This document shows, one piece after another, positions 19,115 through 26,531 of a DNA stretch of 64,000 bases (position 1 is the first letter of the stretch; every line of letters begins with the position of its first letter). A program made the position numbers and the translations under genes. The notes under the pieces are model-generated. The model ran no database searches. It saw only the letters and a program-made list of their open reading frames with translations, and was not told where the DNA came from. Source of the DNA: an uncultured Gammaproteobacteria bacterium (GTDB lineage: Bacteria; Pseudomonadota; Gammaproteobacteria; Steroidobacterales; Rariloculaceae); assembly GCA_963817615.1 (NCBI GenBank), contig CAWFPH010000002.1, positions 1,539,274 through 1,603,273 of the forward strand. Direction: 5' to 3'.

Positions 19115-19152
19115 GCCAACGTTGCGTCCTGCGCACGCCGCGTGACCTTCGG

Positions 19153-19378
19153 TTGGAGCTCCACGAGCCTGCCAGCCTCCTGCAGAGCTCGTGTTTCATG
19201 CGAATTACGAGGCGATGCAGTTCCTCATCGACCGCGGCATCGACATGACGATCAAGGACCATCGCTGGAACGCCACGGCGCAAGGCTGGGCATTCCACGC
19301 GGCGAGGGACGAGAAGATGGCGCGATGGTTGGCGGAGGCGCAGCAGCGGCGCGAGCAGGGCTCGCGATGACGGCGTGC
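19153..19378 (+). pseudogene. duplicated 3'-end fragment of the gene at 7636-9303
   Basis: It matches 9085-9311 at about 97% identity, including the stop codon and about 8 nt beyond. There are two 1-nt deletions near its 5' end and no upstream body. Confidence 0.8.
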
Positions 19379-19416
19379 AGCGCGGAGGGGGCTCCGCCGT
19401 GGAATAGAATGCTGCG

Positions 19417-19602
19417 ATGGCCGGTTCCGTTCCCACCTCCCCGCAGCGGCTCGACGATCCCCACGACGAGTCCCTGGTGGATTGGTTTCTCTCGCTTCGG
19501 CCGGCCGAGCGTTTGGCGGAGCTCGAGTCCCGACTCGAGTTCTTTGCCGCCGCACGCCGCGATGACGAGCCCAAGCTTTCGCAGAATCCTCGAGCTACTT
19601 GA
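19417..19602 (+). CDS. small hypothetical protein upstream of and overlapping the nucleotidyltransferase gene
   Basis: 61 codons (MAGSVPTSPQRLDDPHDESLVDWFLSLRPAERLAELESRLEFFAAARRDDEPK...). It overlaps the next gene by 41 nt and has no obvious SD. It could alternatively be the N-terminal part of one frameshifted gene. Confidence 0.4.
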   Translation: MAGSVPTSPQRLDDPHDESLVDWFLSLRPAERLAELESRLEFFAAARRDDEPKLSQNPRAT

Positions 19603-20038
19603 GCAGCACGGCGTCGCGTACGTCATCGTAGGCGGCGTGGCGGCGGTGCTCCAAGGCGCTCCGGTGACCACGTTCGACATCGACGCGCTCGTAAGAGTGG
19701 ACGCCGCCAACGCGGACCGCTTGCTCGAGGCGCTGGCCGCGCTCGAAGCGCGATACCGCGAGCACGATGGCAACATCCGTCCGACGCGCGAGGACCTGCT
19801 GGCGCGCGGCCATCTGCTGCTCATGACGAACGGCGGGCCGCTCGACGTACGGGGGTTCATCGGCCGGGGCAGGCGCTACGAGGACGTGGCAGACGCCGTC
19901 GAAACCATTGATGTCGGCGGTTTGCCAGTGCGCGTGCTGCGCCTCGAAGCGCTCATCGAAGAGAAGAGAGCGCTCGGCCGCGACAAGGATCAAGCCGCGT
20001 TGCGCCTGCTCGAGGCGGTGTTGCGCAAGCGGCGCTGA
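19562..20038 (+). CDS. small nucleotidyltransferase-fold protein
   Basis: Internal ATG at 19562. ILELLEQHGVAYVIVGGVAAVLQGAPVTTFDIDALV fits the GG-x-A-x(4)-G ... D-x-D minimal nucleotidyltransferase pattern. The 298-aa track ORF 19142-20038 is a composite with the upstream pseudogene fragment. Confidence 0.7.
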   Translation: MTSPSFRRILELLEQHGVAYVIVGGVAAVLQGAPVTTFDIDALVRVDAANADRLLEALAALEARYREHDGNIRPTREDLLARGHLLLMTNGGPLDVRGFIGRGRRYEDVADAVETIDVGGLPVRVLRLEALIEEKRALGRDKDQAALRLLEAVLRKRR

Positions 20039-20104
20039 GGTCCACAGCGACTGAGGATTGGCTCGCGCTCACGGAGCGGTGCGAGGTCGCTGCAAATGAC
20101 GGCT

Positions 20105-20124
20105 CGCGCGGCCCGAGCCGCGCG
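20105..20124. terminator. possible bidirectional hairpin terminator between convergent genes
   Basis: CGCGCGGC-ccga-GCCGCGCG is an 8-bp GC stem with a 4-nt loop, followed by GTTCTT. It lies between the stops at 20038 (+) and 20130 (-). The U-tract is weak. Confidence 0.35.
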
Positions 20125-20129
20125 GTTCT

Positions 20130-21254
20130 TCACCTCTTGCCTTCGCGAAGCCCCTCGGCGCACGCGAACTCACGCAGCTCGTCGTTCGGGTACGACGCCT
20201 TTCGGTAGCGCCGCACGATGTGCCATGGCTCGGTCAGCGCTTCCGGGTCGTTCACGGTGATCTGATCCTCGAGCAGACCGGGCTCGGTCATGCGCAAGCG
20301 CTCGTGCACCGTCATCTTCGCGCTGTGCGGCGAGGAGCCGTCGATGAACGACTTGTCCGACAACGCCACGGTGTCGACCACGAGCGTGTCGCCTTCCCAG
20401 CGGCCGGTCGAGTAGCCGGCGTAAGTCGGGTCCGCGAGCACTTGCGCCGACGGCTTGCGTCCGTCCAAGTAAACGCGACGGAGAGCATCCAAGTGCTCGC
20501 TGAAGAACGTGATCTTCTGCGCGTCTTGCATGACCTCCATGCCGTACGCCGCGCTCATCATCGCGGGCACACCGGGCGGCAGGCAGTTGGCGGTGTTGTC
20601 GTACTCGTACGAGCCGCCGATCCGCGATTTCGCGATCACGTTCCACTTCGCGAGGTACGCGGGCGTGAGCTTCGGCGCGTCGGGGCCGCGCCCCTGCGAG
20701 CCGTCCGCCGTCGGCGAGGAACGCGTCGGCGGCGGCAGAGGCTCGCCCGGTTTGCGCACGGGCGGCGGCGCACCGCCTTCGCCTTGGGCGGGGTAATAGA
20801 CGCCCGCGAAGCTCGGCTTGTCGCCGCTCGGCGTGGGCGGCGCCGCGGGGCGCGTGTCGGCGGGCGCCTCGCGGTTGAAGTTCGGCGTGTTGCCGAGCAC
20901 CGTGCCGTCCGCCATCGTGACGCGAGCGATGAGGCCGCTCAGCCCGCCGTTCTTGGCGGGGCTCGCGTGCACGGTGACCTTGTCGCCGGCCTTGAGCACG
21001 GTGCTGCTCCAACCCGCGCGTCCGAGCATGCCCGGGGGACGGCCTTCGAGCGCCCATTCTTGAGTCTTGCCGTCGGCGCCGTCGACGGTGAGATAGAGCC
21101 ATGTGTGCGGGTTCATCCACCGCCACTCTTTGACGACGCCGGTCAGCGTGATGATCTTGTCGACTTGATACGCGGAGTTGCTGTGATGCGCGAGCGCGAC
21201 CGGAATCGGAAGCATCAGCGCGAGCGCGGCCAATAGCCTGAGGTGCGAGTGCAT
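20130..21254 (-). CDS. secreted fusion protein: N-terminal DUF6152 domain plus C-terminal domain homologous to 53649-54482
   Basis: ATG at 21254 (MHSHLRLLAALALMLPIPVALAHHSNSAYQ...). The N-terminal third aligns with the stand-alone DUF6152 protein at 54487-54882 (AHHS.., W.NPH..L, LKAGDK). The C-terminal part aligns with 53649-54482 (GRWEG.TLVV.T). Confidence 0.8.
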   Translation of the reverse strand: MHSHLRLLAALALMLPIPVALAHHSNSAYQVDKIITLTGVVKEWRWMNPHTWLYLTVDGADGKTQEWALEGRPPGMLGRAGWSSTVLKAGDKVTVHASPAKNGGLSGLIARVTMADGTVLGNTPNFNREAPADTRPAAPPTPSGDKPSFAGVYYPAQGEGGAPPPVRKPGEPLPPPTRSSPTADGSQGRGPDAPKLTPAYLAKWNVIAKSRIGGSYEYDNTANCLPPGVPAMMSAAYGMEVMQDAQKITFFSEHLDALRRVYLDGRKPSAQVLADPTYAGYSTGRWEGDTLVVDTVALSDKSFIDGSSPHSAKMTVHERLRMTEPGLLEDQITVNDPEALTEPWHIVRRYRKASYPNDELREFACAEGLREGKR

Positions 21255-21529
21255 TCGATTTCCCCCCTTGCCGGGATCGCCTCGACCGTATCGGGCGCGA
21301 GGCTCGGCATGCCCATCGTGACGCAGCACCCCGAGCGAAGTCTACGGCCCACTTCTGGCGGCGCGGCGCTCGGCACGATACTCGGCGGTGCCGCGGTGAT
21401 CCTCGCGGTGACGGTCGGCGGTTGACACCGCTTGCGGCGCGGCGCTCAATCTGCGGCACCGCCGGCCGGGCCACGGGAACCGCTCGTCTACGGTCGCGCG
21501 CATCGCAACGCTCTCACCGCCGCAGCACA

Positions 21530-22297
21530 ATGGAATCCTGGATCAAATCCGTCATCGAGCGCCTGCACAGCTGCACGGATCTCGTCGAGTTCAAGGCCGT
21601 CCTGGTGGACATGCGCAGGCAGCTCGGCTTCGAGCACTTCCTGTACGGCGTGCGCCTGTCGAACGCCTTCACGTCGATCGATCACTTCGTCGTCAGCGAT
21701 TACCCGGAGGTTTGGCTGCGCGAATACATGTCCAACAACTACGCCGAGTTCGATCCCGTGGTGCTGCATTGCACCTCGCGCCACGAGCCGTATTGCTGGG
21801 ACCGTATGTACGAATCGACGGACCCGAAGGTCATCGCCTTCGCCGATGCCTGCGCGAGCCACGGCCTCGTCGGCGGTGTGTGCATCGGCATCCATGGGTA
21901 CTCCGGCGAGAACGGCATCTTCTGCGTGGGCGGCCCCAAACCGCTTCCCACGGGCAGCGACGAATCTTTCGCCGTGATCGGGCCGCTGAACACGTTGCTG
22001 CCTTTCATCCACGCCGCCCTCACTCGCCTCACGTCGTTCAAGCGGGCGGAAGACAGCAAACCGCGGTTGAGCGAGCGCGAGCAGGAATGCCTGCTGTGGT
22101 CGGCCGAAGGCAAGACGACCGAGGAAACCGCGTTGATCCTCGCCATCAGCCCGCCCACGGTCGCGTTCCACTTGAAGAACGCCATCCAGAAACTGAACGT
22201 CAGCAATCGCAACCAGGCCATTGCCAAGGCCGCTTTGCTCGGCATCATCACGCCGCAGTACTCCACGCTGTCCGCCCCGCGGACCTATCTTTTTTGA
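21530..22297 (+). CDS. LuxR family autoinducer-binding transcriptional regulator (no synthase gene in window)
   Basis: ATG at 21530. The N-terminal ligand-binding signature is YPEVWLREYMSNNYAEFDPV ... CWD (W, Y, D-P, W positions). The C-terminal LuxR HTH is LSEREQECLLWSAEGKTTEETALILAISPPTVAFHLKNAIQKLNVSNRNQAIAKA. Confidence 0.85.
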   Translation: MESWIKSVIERLHSCTDLVEFKAVLVDMRRQLGFEHFLYGVRLSNAFTSIDHFVVSDYPEVWLREYMSNNYAEFDPVVLHCTSRHEPYCWDRMYESTDPKVIAFADACASHGLVGGVCIGIHGYSGENGIFCVGGPKPLPTGSDESFAVIGPLNTLLPFIHAALTRLTSFKRAEDSKPRLSEREQECLLWSAEGKTTEETALILAISPPTVAFHLKNAIQKLNVSNRNQAIAKAALLGIITPQYSTLSAPRTYLF

Positions 22298-22303
22298 TAG
22301 TTA
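22284..22303. promoter_or_regulatory. AT-rich palindromic box, copy 1 (CCTATCttttttGATAGTTA)
   Basis: The pattern is CTATC-N6-GATAG. It overlaps the LuxR stop codon and is centred about 45 bp upstream of the pirin-like GTG. It matches copy 2 at 17 of 20 positions. Confidence 0.4.
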
Positions 22304-22337
22304 ACTTGCGCCGCGGAACTGCCTAACGTGGCATGGG

Positions 22338-22976
22338 GTGTCGTTGCCCCCTGATCTCCGCAGGGCCGCCGTGGGCAGGTTGTGTTTCGGTGAATTATGG
22401 GCGCTCAACGCCGAGACCCTCGCTCCCGGCGAGGGCATTCCGCTGCACGCACACGAACACATGGAGATCGTGTCGATTCCGCTTTCCGGCACGCTGCGCC
22501 ACAGGGACAGCCGCGGCGCCACGCACGTCATTGCGCCGGGCGACGTCCATCTGCTGTCGGCCGGGCTCGGCGTCACGCATTGGGAATGCAACGCTTCGGC
22601 GAACGAGCCCGCGCGTTACGTGCAGGCATGGATCCGCCCCAGATCTCGGATGACGCCGACGCATTACGCGCAAGGCACACTGGAAGATCGCGAGAGCGGG
22701 TTCCGTCTGCTCGCCGCCCCGGCGGGTTACGACAGTGTCGTCGAGATCGATCAGGACGCCTTCATGTCGCTGACGCGGCTCGCACGCGACACCGCGCTGC
22801 AGTATTCGAAATACGGCAGCGCCAACGGTCTTTACGTGTTCGTTATCGATGGACGACTCGACATCGGCGGCGGCGCGCTCGCCTGTGGCAGCGGGCTCGG
22901 CCTGACCGGGCCCGAGCGGCTCGTGTTGCGGGCGCTGGCGCCCTCTGTCGTGCTCACTATCGAGGTGCCCCTGTAA
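22338..22976 (+). CDS. pirin-like cupin protein (short N-terminus, GTG start)
   Basis: FGELWALNAETLAPGEGIPLHAHEHMEIVSIPLSGTLRHRDSRG matches the pirin N-terminal cupin metal site (H-x-H ... E ... H). About 25 residues normally found before this point are missing. Confidence 0.65.
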   Translation: MSLPPDLRRAAVGRLCFGELWALNAETLAPGEGIPLHAHEHMEIVSIPLSGTLRHRDSRGATHVIAPGDVHLLSAGLGVTHWECNASANEPARYVQAWIRPRSRMTPTHYAQGTLEDRESGFRLLAAPAGYDSVVEIDQDAFMSLTRLARDTALQYSKYGSANGLYVFVIDGRLDIGGGALACGSGLGLTGPERLVLRALAPSVVLTIEVPL

Positions 22977-22978
22977 CT

Positions 22979-22998
22979 CCTATCTGATTTGATAGTTA
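22979..22998. promoter_or_regulatory. AT-rich palindromic box, copy 2 (CCTATCtgatttGATAGTTA)
   Basis: The same CTATC-N6-GATAG core plus TTA, 3 nt after the pirin-like stop and about 60 bp upstream of the small ORF at 23058. Confidence 0.4.
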
Positions 22999-23057
22999 TG
23001 CGCGGGCGTGCTCCTGCCTAGACTGCAATCATTGCGAAGACCAAGAGGCTTTGGCGA

Positions 23058-23312
23058 ATGAACATCCTCGAACGACGCCACGGCACGAGGCTCGCCCACC
23101 GCGGCAACGAGCGGGCGGGCGCGCTCTTGAAGCTCGGCGCGCTGTTGATGCTCGTGCTATTGATGGCCGACCTGGGGACGCGCCAGGTCGGTCTGTTTCG
23201 AGAGTCGGCGGCCGGGGCGGCGCCGGGCACGGCGACGACGAGCTCGCTCCGGGTGCAGGTGGGAGACTTTCGCGCCGAGATCCAGTGGCACACCGTCAGC
23301 GCCGGGAAGTGA
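23058..23312 (+). CDS. possible small membrane protein
   Basis: 84 codons, AGAGG 9 nt upstream of the ATG, one hydrophobic segment (ALLKLGALLMLVLLMA) and GC-rich third positions. No recognisable family, and an antisense ORF competes with it. Confidence 0.3.
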   Translation: MNILERRHGTRLAHRGNERAGALLKLGALLMLVLLMADLGTRQVGLFRESAAGAAPGTATTSSLRVQVGDFRAEIQWHTVSAGK

Positions 23313-23395
23313 GCCGCGCCGCGCGCACGGACAATTGACTGAAGAGAGCAGAATTGCGGCTTGATGGCCTGGATTTCCGCACTTAAGGTGTAGCC

Positions 23396-24001
23396 ATGAG
23401 CGATCGGATGATTTCCACCGAGGGTCATTCAGCGGTCTCGCCCCGCCGCATGAGTCTCGAGGAGTGGGCCACGCTTCCCGAGGACGAGCCCGGCGAGCTG
23501 GTCGATGGATTCCTGGTGGAGGAGGAAGCGCCGCACTACGTGCACGAGCTCGTGATCGCTTGGCTCGTCCGAACGTTGGGCAATTGGGGTTCTTCGCGCG
23601 GCGCGTTGGTGGCCGGCTCCGGCGCGAAATTCCGTGTGACGCCGCGCCGTGGGCGCATGCCCGATCTCACCGTCTACCTGCCCGGCGACAAGAAGCCGCC
23701 CGGACGAGGTCTCATCACCACCCCACCCGGCATCGTCGTGGAGGTGGTGTCGCTCGGTGCGCGGGACGAGCGCCGGGACCGCGTCGAGAAGCTCGCCGAG
23801 TATGCGGAGTTCGGCGTGCGCTGGTACTGGATCGTCGACCCGGAGCTGCGCACGTTCGAGATCTTCGAACGCACGGTGCAGGGTGAATGCCTGCGCGCGA
23901 TAAGCGCGAGCGACGGCGCGATCGAGGGCGTGCCCGGCTGCGAGGGCTTGCGGATCGCCCTCTCGGAGCTCTGGGCCGAGGTCGATCGGCTCGAGAAGTA
24001 A
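23396..24001 (+). CDS. Uma2 family (DUF820) endonuclease
   Basis: MSLEEWATLPEDEPGELVDGFLVEEE.P...H ... MPDLTVYL ... PGIVVEVVS......D...K...YA.FGV.WYWIVDP, which is the Uma2 pattern. Confidence 0.8.
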   Translation: MSDRMISTEGHSAVSPRRMSLEEWATLPEDEPGELVDGFLVEEEAPHYVHELVIAWLVRTLGNWGSSRGALVAGSGAKFRVTPRRGRMPDLTVYLPGDKKPPGRGLITTPPGIVVEVVSLGARDERRDRVEKLAEYAEFGVRWYWIVDPELRTFEIFERTVQGECLRAISASDGAIEGVPGCEGLRIALSELWAEVDRLEK

Positions 24002-24019
24002 GTCGGCGCAAGCCCCAGC

Positions 24020-26458
24020 GTGAACTGGATTGAGCAATTCGGTCAGGACGTGCGCTACGCGCTGCGCGCGCTGCGAAAGATGCCGGGCTTCGCGGCCGTG
24101 GTCATCCTGACCGTGGCACTGGGCATCGGGGCCACCACGGCGATCTTCTCGATACTCTATAGCGTGCTGCTCGCGCCGCTGCCGTATGCGGACCCGGCGC
24201 GGCTGATTGCGCTCAACGAGACCACGCCCAAGGTCGGCATCGTCAGCGCGTCGTATGCCGATTTCCTCGACTGGCGCGCGCAGAGCCGGGCGTTCTCCGC
24301 AATGGCCGCCGTTCACGACGTGTCGTTCAACCTGGCGGGCGCCGGCCAACCCGAGGTCGTCGACGGCTCGGCGGTGTCGCCGGCGTTTCTAACCGCGCTC
24401 GGCGTGCGACCGTATCTCGGTCGCGACTTCGAGGCGTCGGAGGAGCAAGCCGGCACAGCGCCGGTCGTGTTGCTGAGCTATGCGCTCTGGCAGTCGCACT
24501 TCGGCGGCGATCGCGGTGCGATCGGGCGTGCCATCGAGCTCGACGGCCGCACCTTCACGATCGTCGGCGTGCTGCCTCCGAGCTTTCGCTTCCCCGGCGG
24601 CATGGATCTTCTGGAGCCGATCGGCGTGTGGCTGAGCGGGAGCAAGGATGCGGCGGACCGCGGCTCGCGCGGCGACACGCTCGTCGTCGGTCGGCTGGCG
24701 CCCGGCACGACGTCGACCGAGGCGCGCGCCGAGATGACCGGCATCGCCGCGCGGTTGGCCCTGGCGTATCCGGCCACGAACGATCAGTTCGGCGTGGAGC
24801 TGCGGCCGCTGCGCGATCTGCTCGTCGGCGACCTCGGCCCGCCGCTGCTGCTGCTCTTCGGAGCGGTCGTGTTCGTGCTGCTGATCGCGTGCGCGAACGT
24901 GGCGAACCTGTCCCTGGTTCGCAACGCCGCGCGTCGCACGGAGTTCGCGTTGCGTACGGCCTTCGGAGCAGGCCGCGGTCGTCTCGTGCGGCAGGCGTTG
25001 GCCGAGAGCCTCGTCCTGTCGTCTCTCGGCGGCGCCCTGGGAGTCGCACTGGCCGCCGCCGGAATCCGGGGCATGATCGAGTGGCTGCCGGCAGGCGCGC
25101 TCGGCAGCGCGCCGATCGCCCTGCACGGCCCCGTCCTCGCCTTCGCCGTCGGCGCGATCGTGCTCGCGGCGTTCGTCTTCGGTCTGGCGCCGGCGCTGCA
25201 ATCCGCGGATGTCGACGTGCACGCCGAATTGAAGTCGGGCACTCGGGCGGCGACTGCGGCCCGATCGCAGGCGAGGCTGCGAGCCGTGCTCGCGGCCGCA
25301 GAGATCTCGCTGTCGGTGATCCTGCTGGCCGGGGCCGGGTTGATGCTGAAGAGCCTGTCCAACCTGCTCGCAGTAGATCCGGGCTTCCGGCCCGACCACC
25401 TGCTCACGATGGCGCTCGACCTGCGCACCGAACGCTACGACACGGAGGCTGCGATCTGGAGCTTCTGGCAGCAACTCCTCGACGGCACGCGCGCGCTGCC
25501 CGGCGTCGAGGATGCCGCGCTCGGCACGGTCGTGCCGCTCGCGGGATCGCACAGCCGTACCGACATCACGATCGAGGGCATGCCGCTTCCGCAACCGGGC
25601 AGCTTCCCGCATCCCGACTACCATGACGTGAGCCCCGGCTACGTCCGCACGCTCGGCATCGAGCTCGTGCGCGGTCGAGCGTTCACCGATCAGGACACGG
25701 AGACGGCGCCGCGGGTCGGCATGATCAACAGCTCGCTGGCGCGCGCGTACTTTGCCGGCGAAGATCCGATCGGCCGTCGTTTCATGTTCGGCCATCCGTC
25801 GAGCTCGACGGCGCCGCAGTGGATCACGATCGTGGGCGTGGTCGGTGACACGAAGCTGTACGGCCTCGCGAATCCGGCACGCATGGAAGTCTACGTGCCG
25901 TTCCGGCAGTCGTTGGCGCCTCACATGACGCTGATCGTCAAGTCGCGCGTAGACGCCGCGGCATCGGTGGCCGCCGTCCGGCGGCTGGTCGCCACCCTCG
26001 ACAAGGACCAGCCGGTCTTCGCGGTCTCCACGATGGACCAGCTCGTCAGCAACGACGTCGCGACGCCGCGGATCACGCTCGTGCTGCTCGGCCTGTTCAG
26101 CGGCTTCGCGCTCGTGCTCGCGGCGGTCGGCGTCTACGGCGTCATGGCCTGGTCCGTGGCGCAGCGCACGCACGAGATCGGTATCCGCATGGCGCTCGGC
26201 GCCCAGGGCGGCGGCGTGCTGCGCATGGTCCTCGCCCAGGGGGGCACGATCGCCGCCGCCGGCATCGGCGTCGGCATCGCGGCCGGCTTCGCGCTGACGC
26301 GCATGCTCTCCGGGCTGCTGTTCTCCGTTAGCCCCGGGGATCCGACGACATTCGCGGCGGCCGCGCTGCTGCTCGGCGTCGTCGCGCTCGCGGCCTGTTA
26401 CATTCCTGCGCGCCGGGCGGTACGCGTCGATCCGATCACGGCGCTGCGGAACGAGTGA
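24020..26458 (+). CDS. ADOP-type duplicated ABC permease (MacB-like periplasmic domain + FtsX, twice)
   Basis: GTG start. The N-terminus MNWIEQFGQDVRYALRALRKMPGFAAVVILTVALGIGATTAIFS is typical. The internal second half starts LRAVLAAAEISLSVILLAGAGLM, and the C-terminus is YIPARRAVRVDPITALRNE. No ATPase gene is adjacent. Confidence 0.9.
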   Translation: MNWIEQFGQDVRYALRALRKMPGFAAVVILTVALGIGATTAIFSILYSVLLAPLPYADPARLIALNETTPKVGIVSASYADFLDWRAQSRAFSAMAAVHDVSFNLAGAGQPEVVDGSAVSPAFLTALGVRPYLGRDFEASEEQAGTAPVVLLSYALWQSHFGGDRGAIGRAIELDGRTFTIVGVLPPSFRFPGGMDLLEPIGVWLSGSKDAADRGSRGDTLVVGRLAPGTTSTEARAEMTGIAARLALAYPATNDQFGVELRPLRDLLVGDLGPPLLLLFGAVVFVLLIACANVANLSLVRNAARRTEFALRTAFGAGRGRLVRQALAESLVLSSLGGALGVALAAAGIRGMIEWLPAGALGSAPIALHGPVLAFAVGAIVLAAFVFGLAPALQSADVDVHAELKSGTRAATAARSQARLRAVLAAAEISLSVILLAGAGLMLKSLSNLLAVDPGFRPDHLLTMALDLRTERYDTEAAIWSFWQQLLDGTRALPGVEDAALGTVVPLAGSHSRTDITIEGMPLPQPGSFPHPDYHDVSPGYVRTLGIELVRGRAFTDQDTETAPRVGMINSSLARAYFAGEDPIGRRFMFGHPSSSTAPQWITIVGVVGDTKLYGLANPARMEVYVPFRQSLAPHMTLIVKSRVDAAASVAAVRRLVATLDKDQPVFAVSTMDQLVSNDVATPRITLVLLGLFSGFALVLAAVGVYGVMAWSVAQRTHEIGIRMALGAQGGGVLRMVLAQGGTIAAAGIGVGIAAGFALTRMLSGLLFSVSPGDPTTFAAAALLLGVVALAACYIPARRAVRVDPITALRNE

Positions 26459-26531
26459 GGCGGCGGTACGCCTCGCAACGCCGCTTTCTATCCGCCGGCG
26501 GCAAGCGCAGCGTCAGCAGCACGAGGAGGCG

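Noticed and set aside
19142-20038. 298-aa track ORF taken as a single gene
   Set aside because: Its first roughly 140 codons are an out-of-frame reading of the duplicated ankyrin-gene fragment and spacer. The recognisable nucleotidyltransferase begins at the internal ATG 19562.
22284-22998. The two 20-bp boxes flanking the pirin-like gene, interpreted as integron attC sites or cassette boundaries
   Set aside because: The sequences after the boxes (GTTAACT, GTTATGC) do not fit the GTTRRRY core. There is no intI gene and no extended imperfect attC palindrome. An operator-type explanation is preferred.
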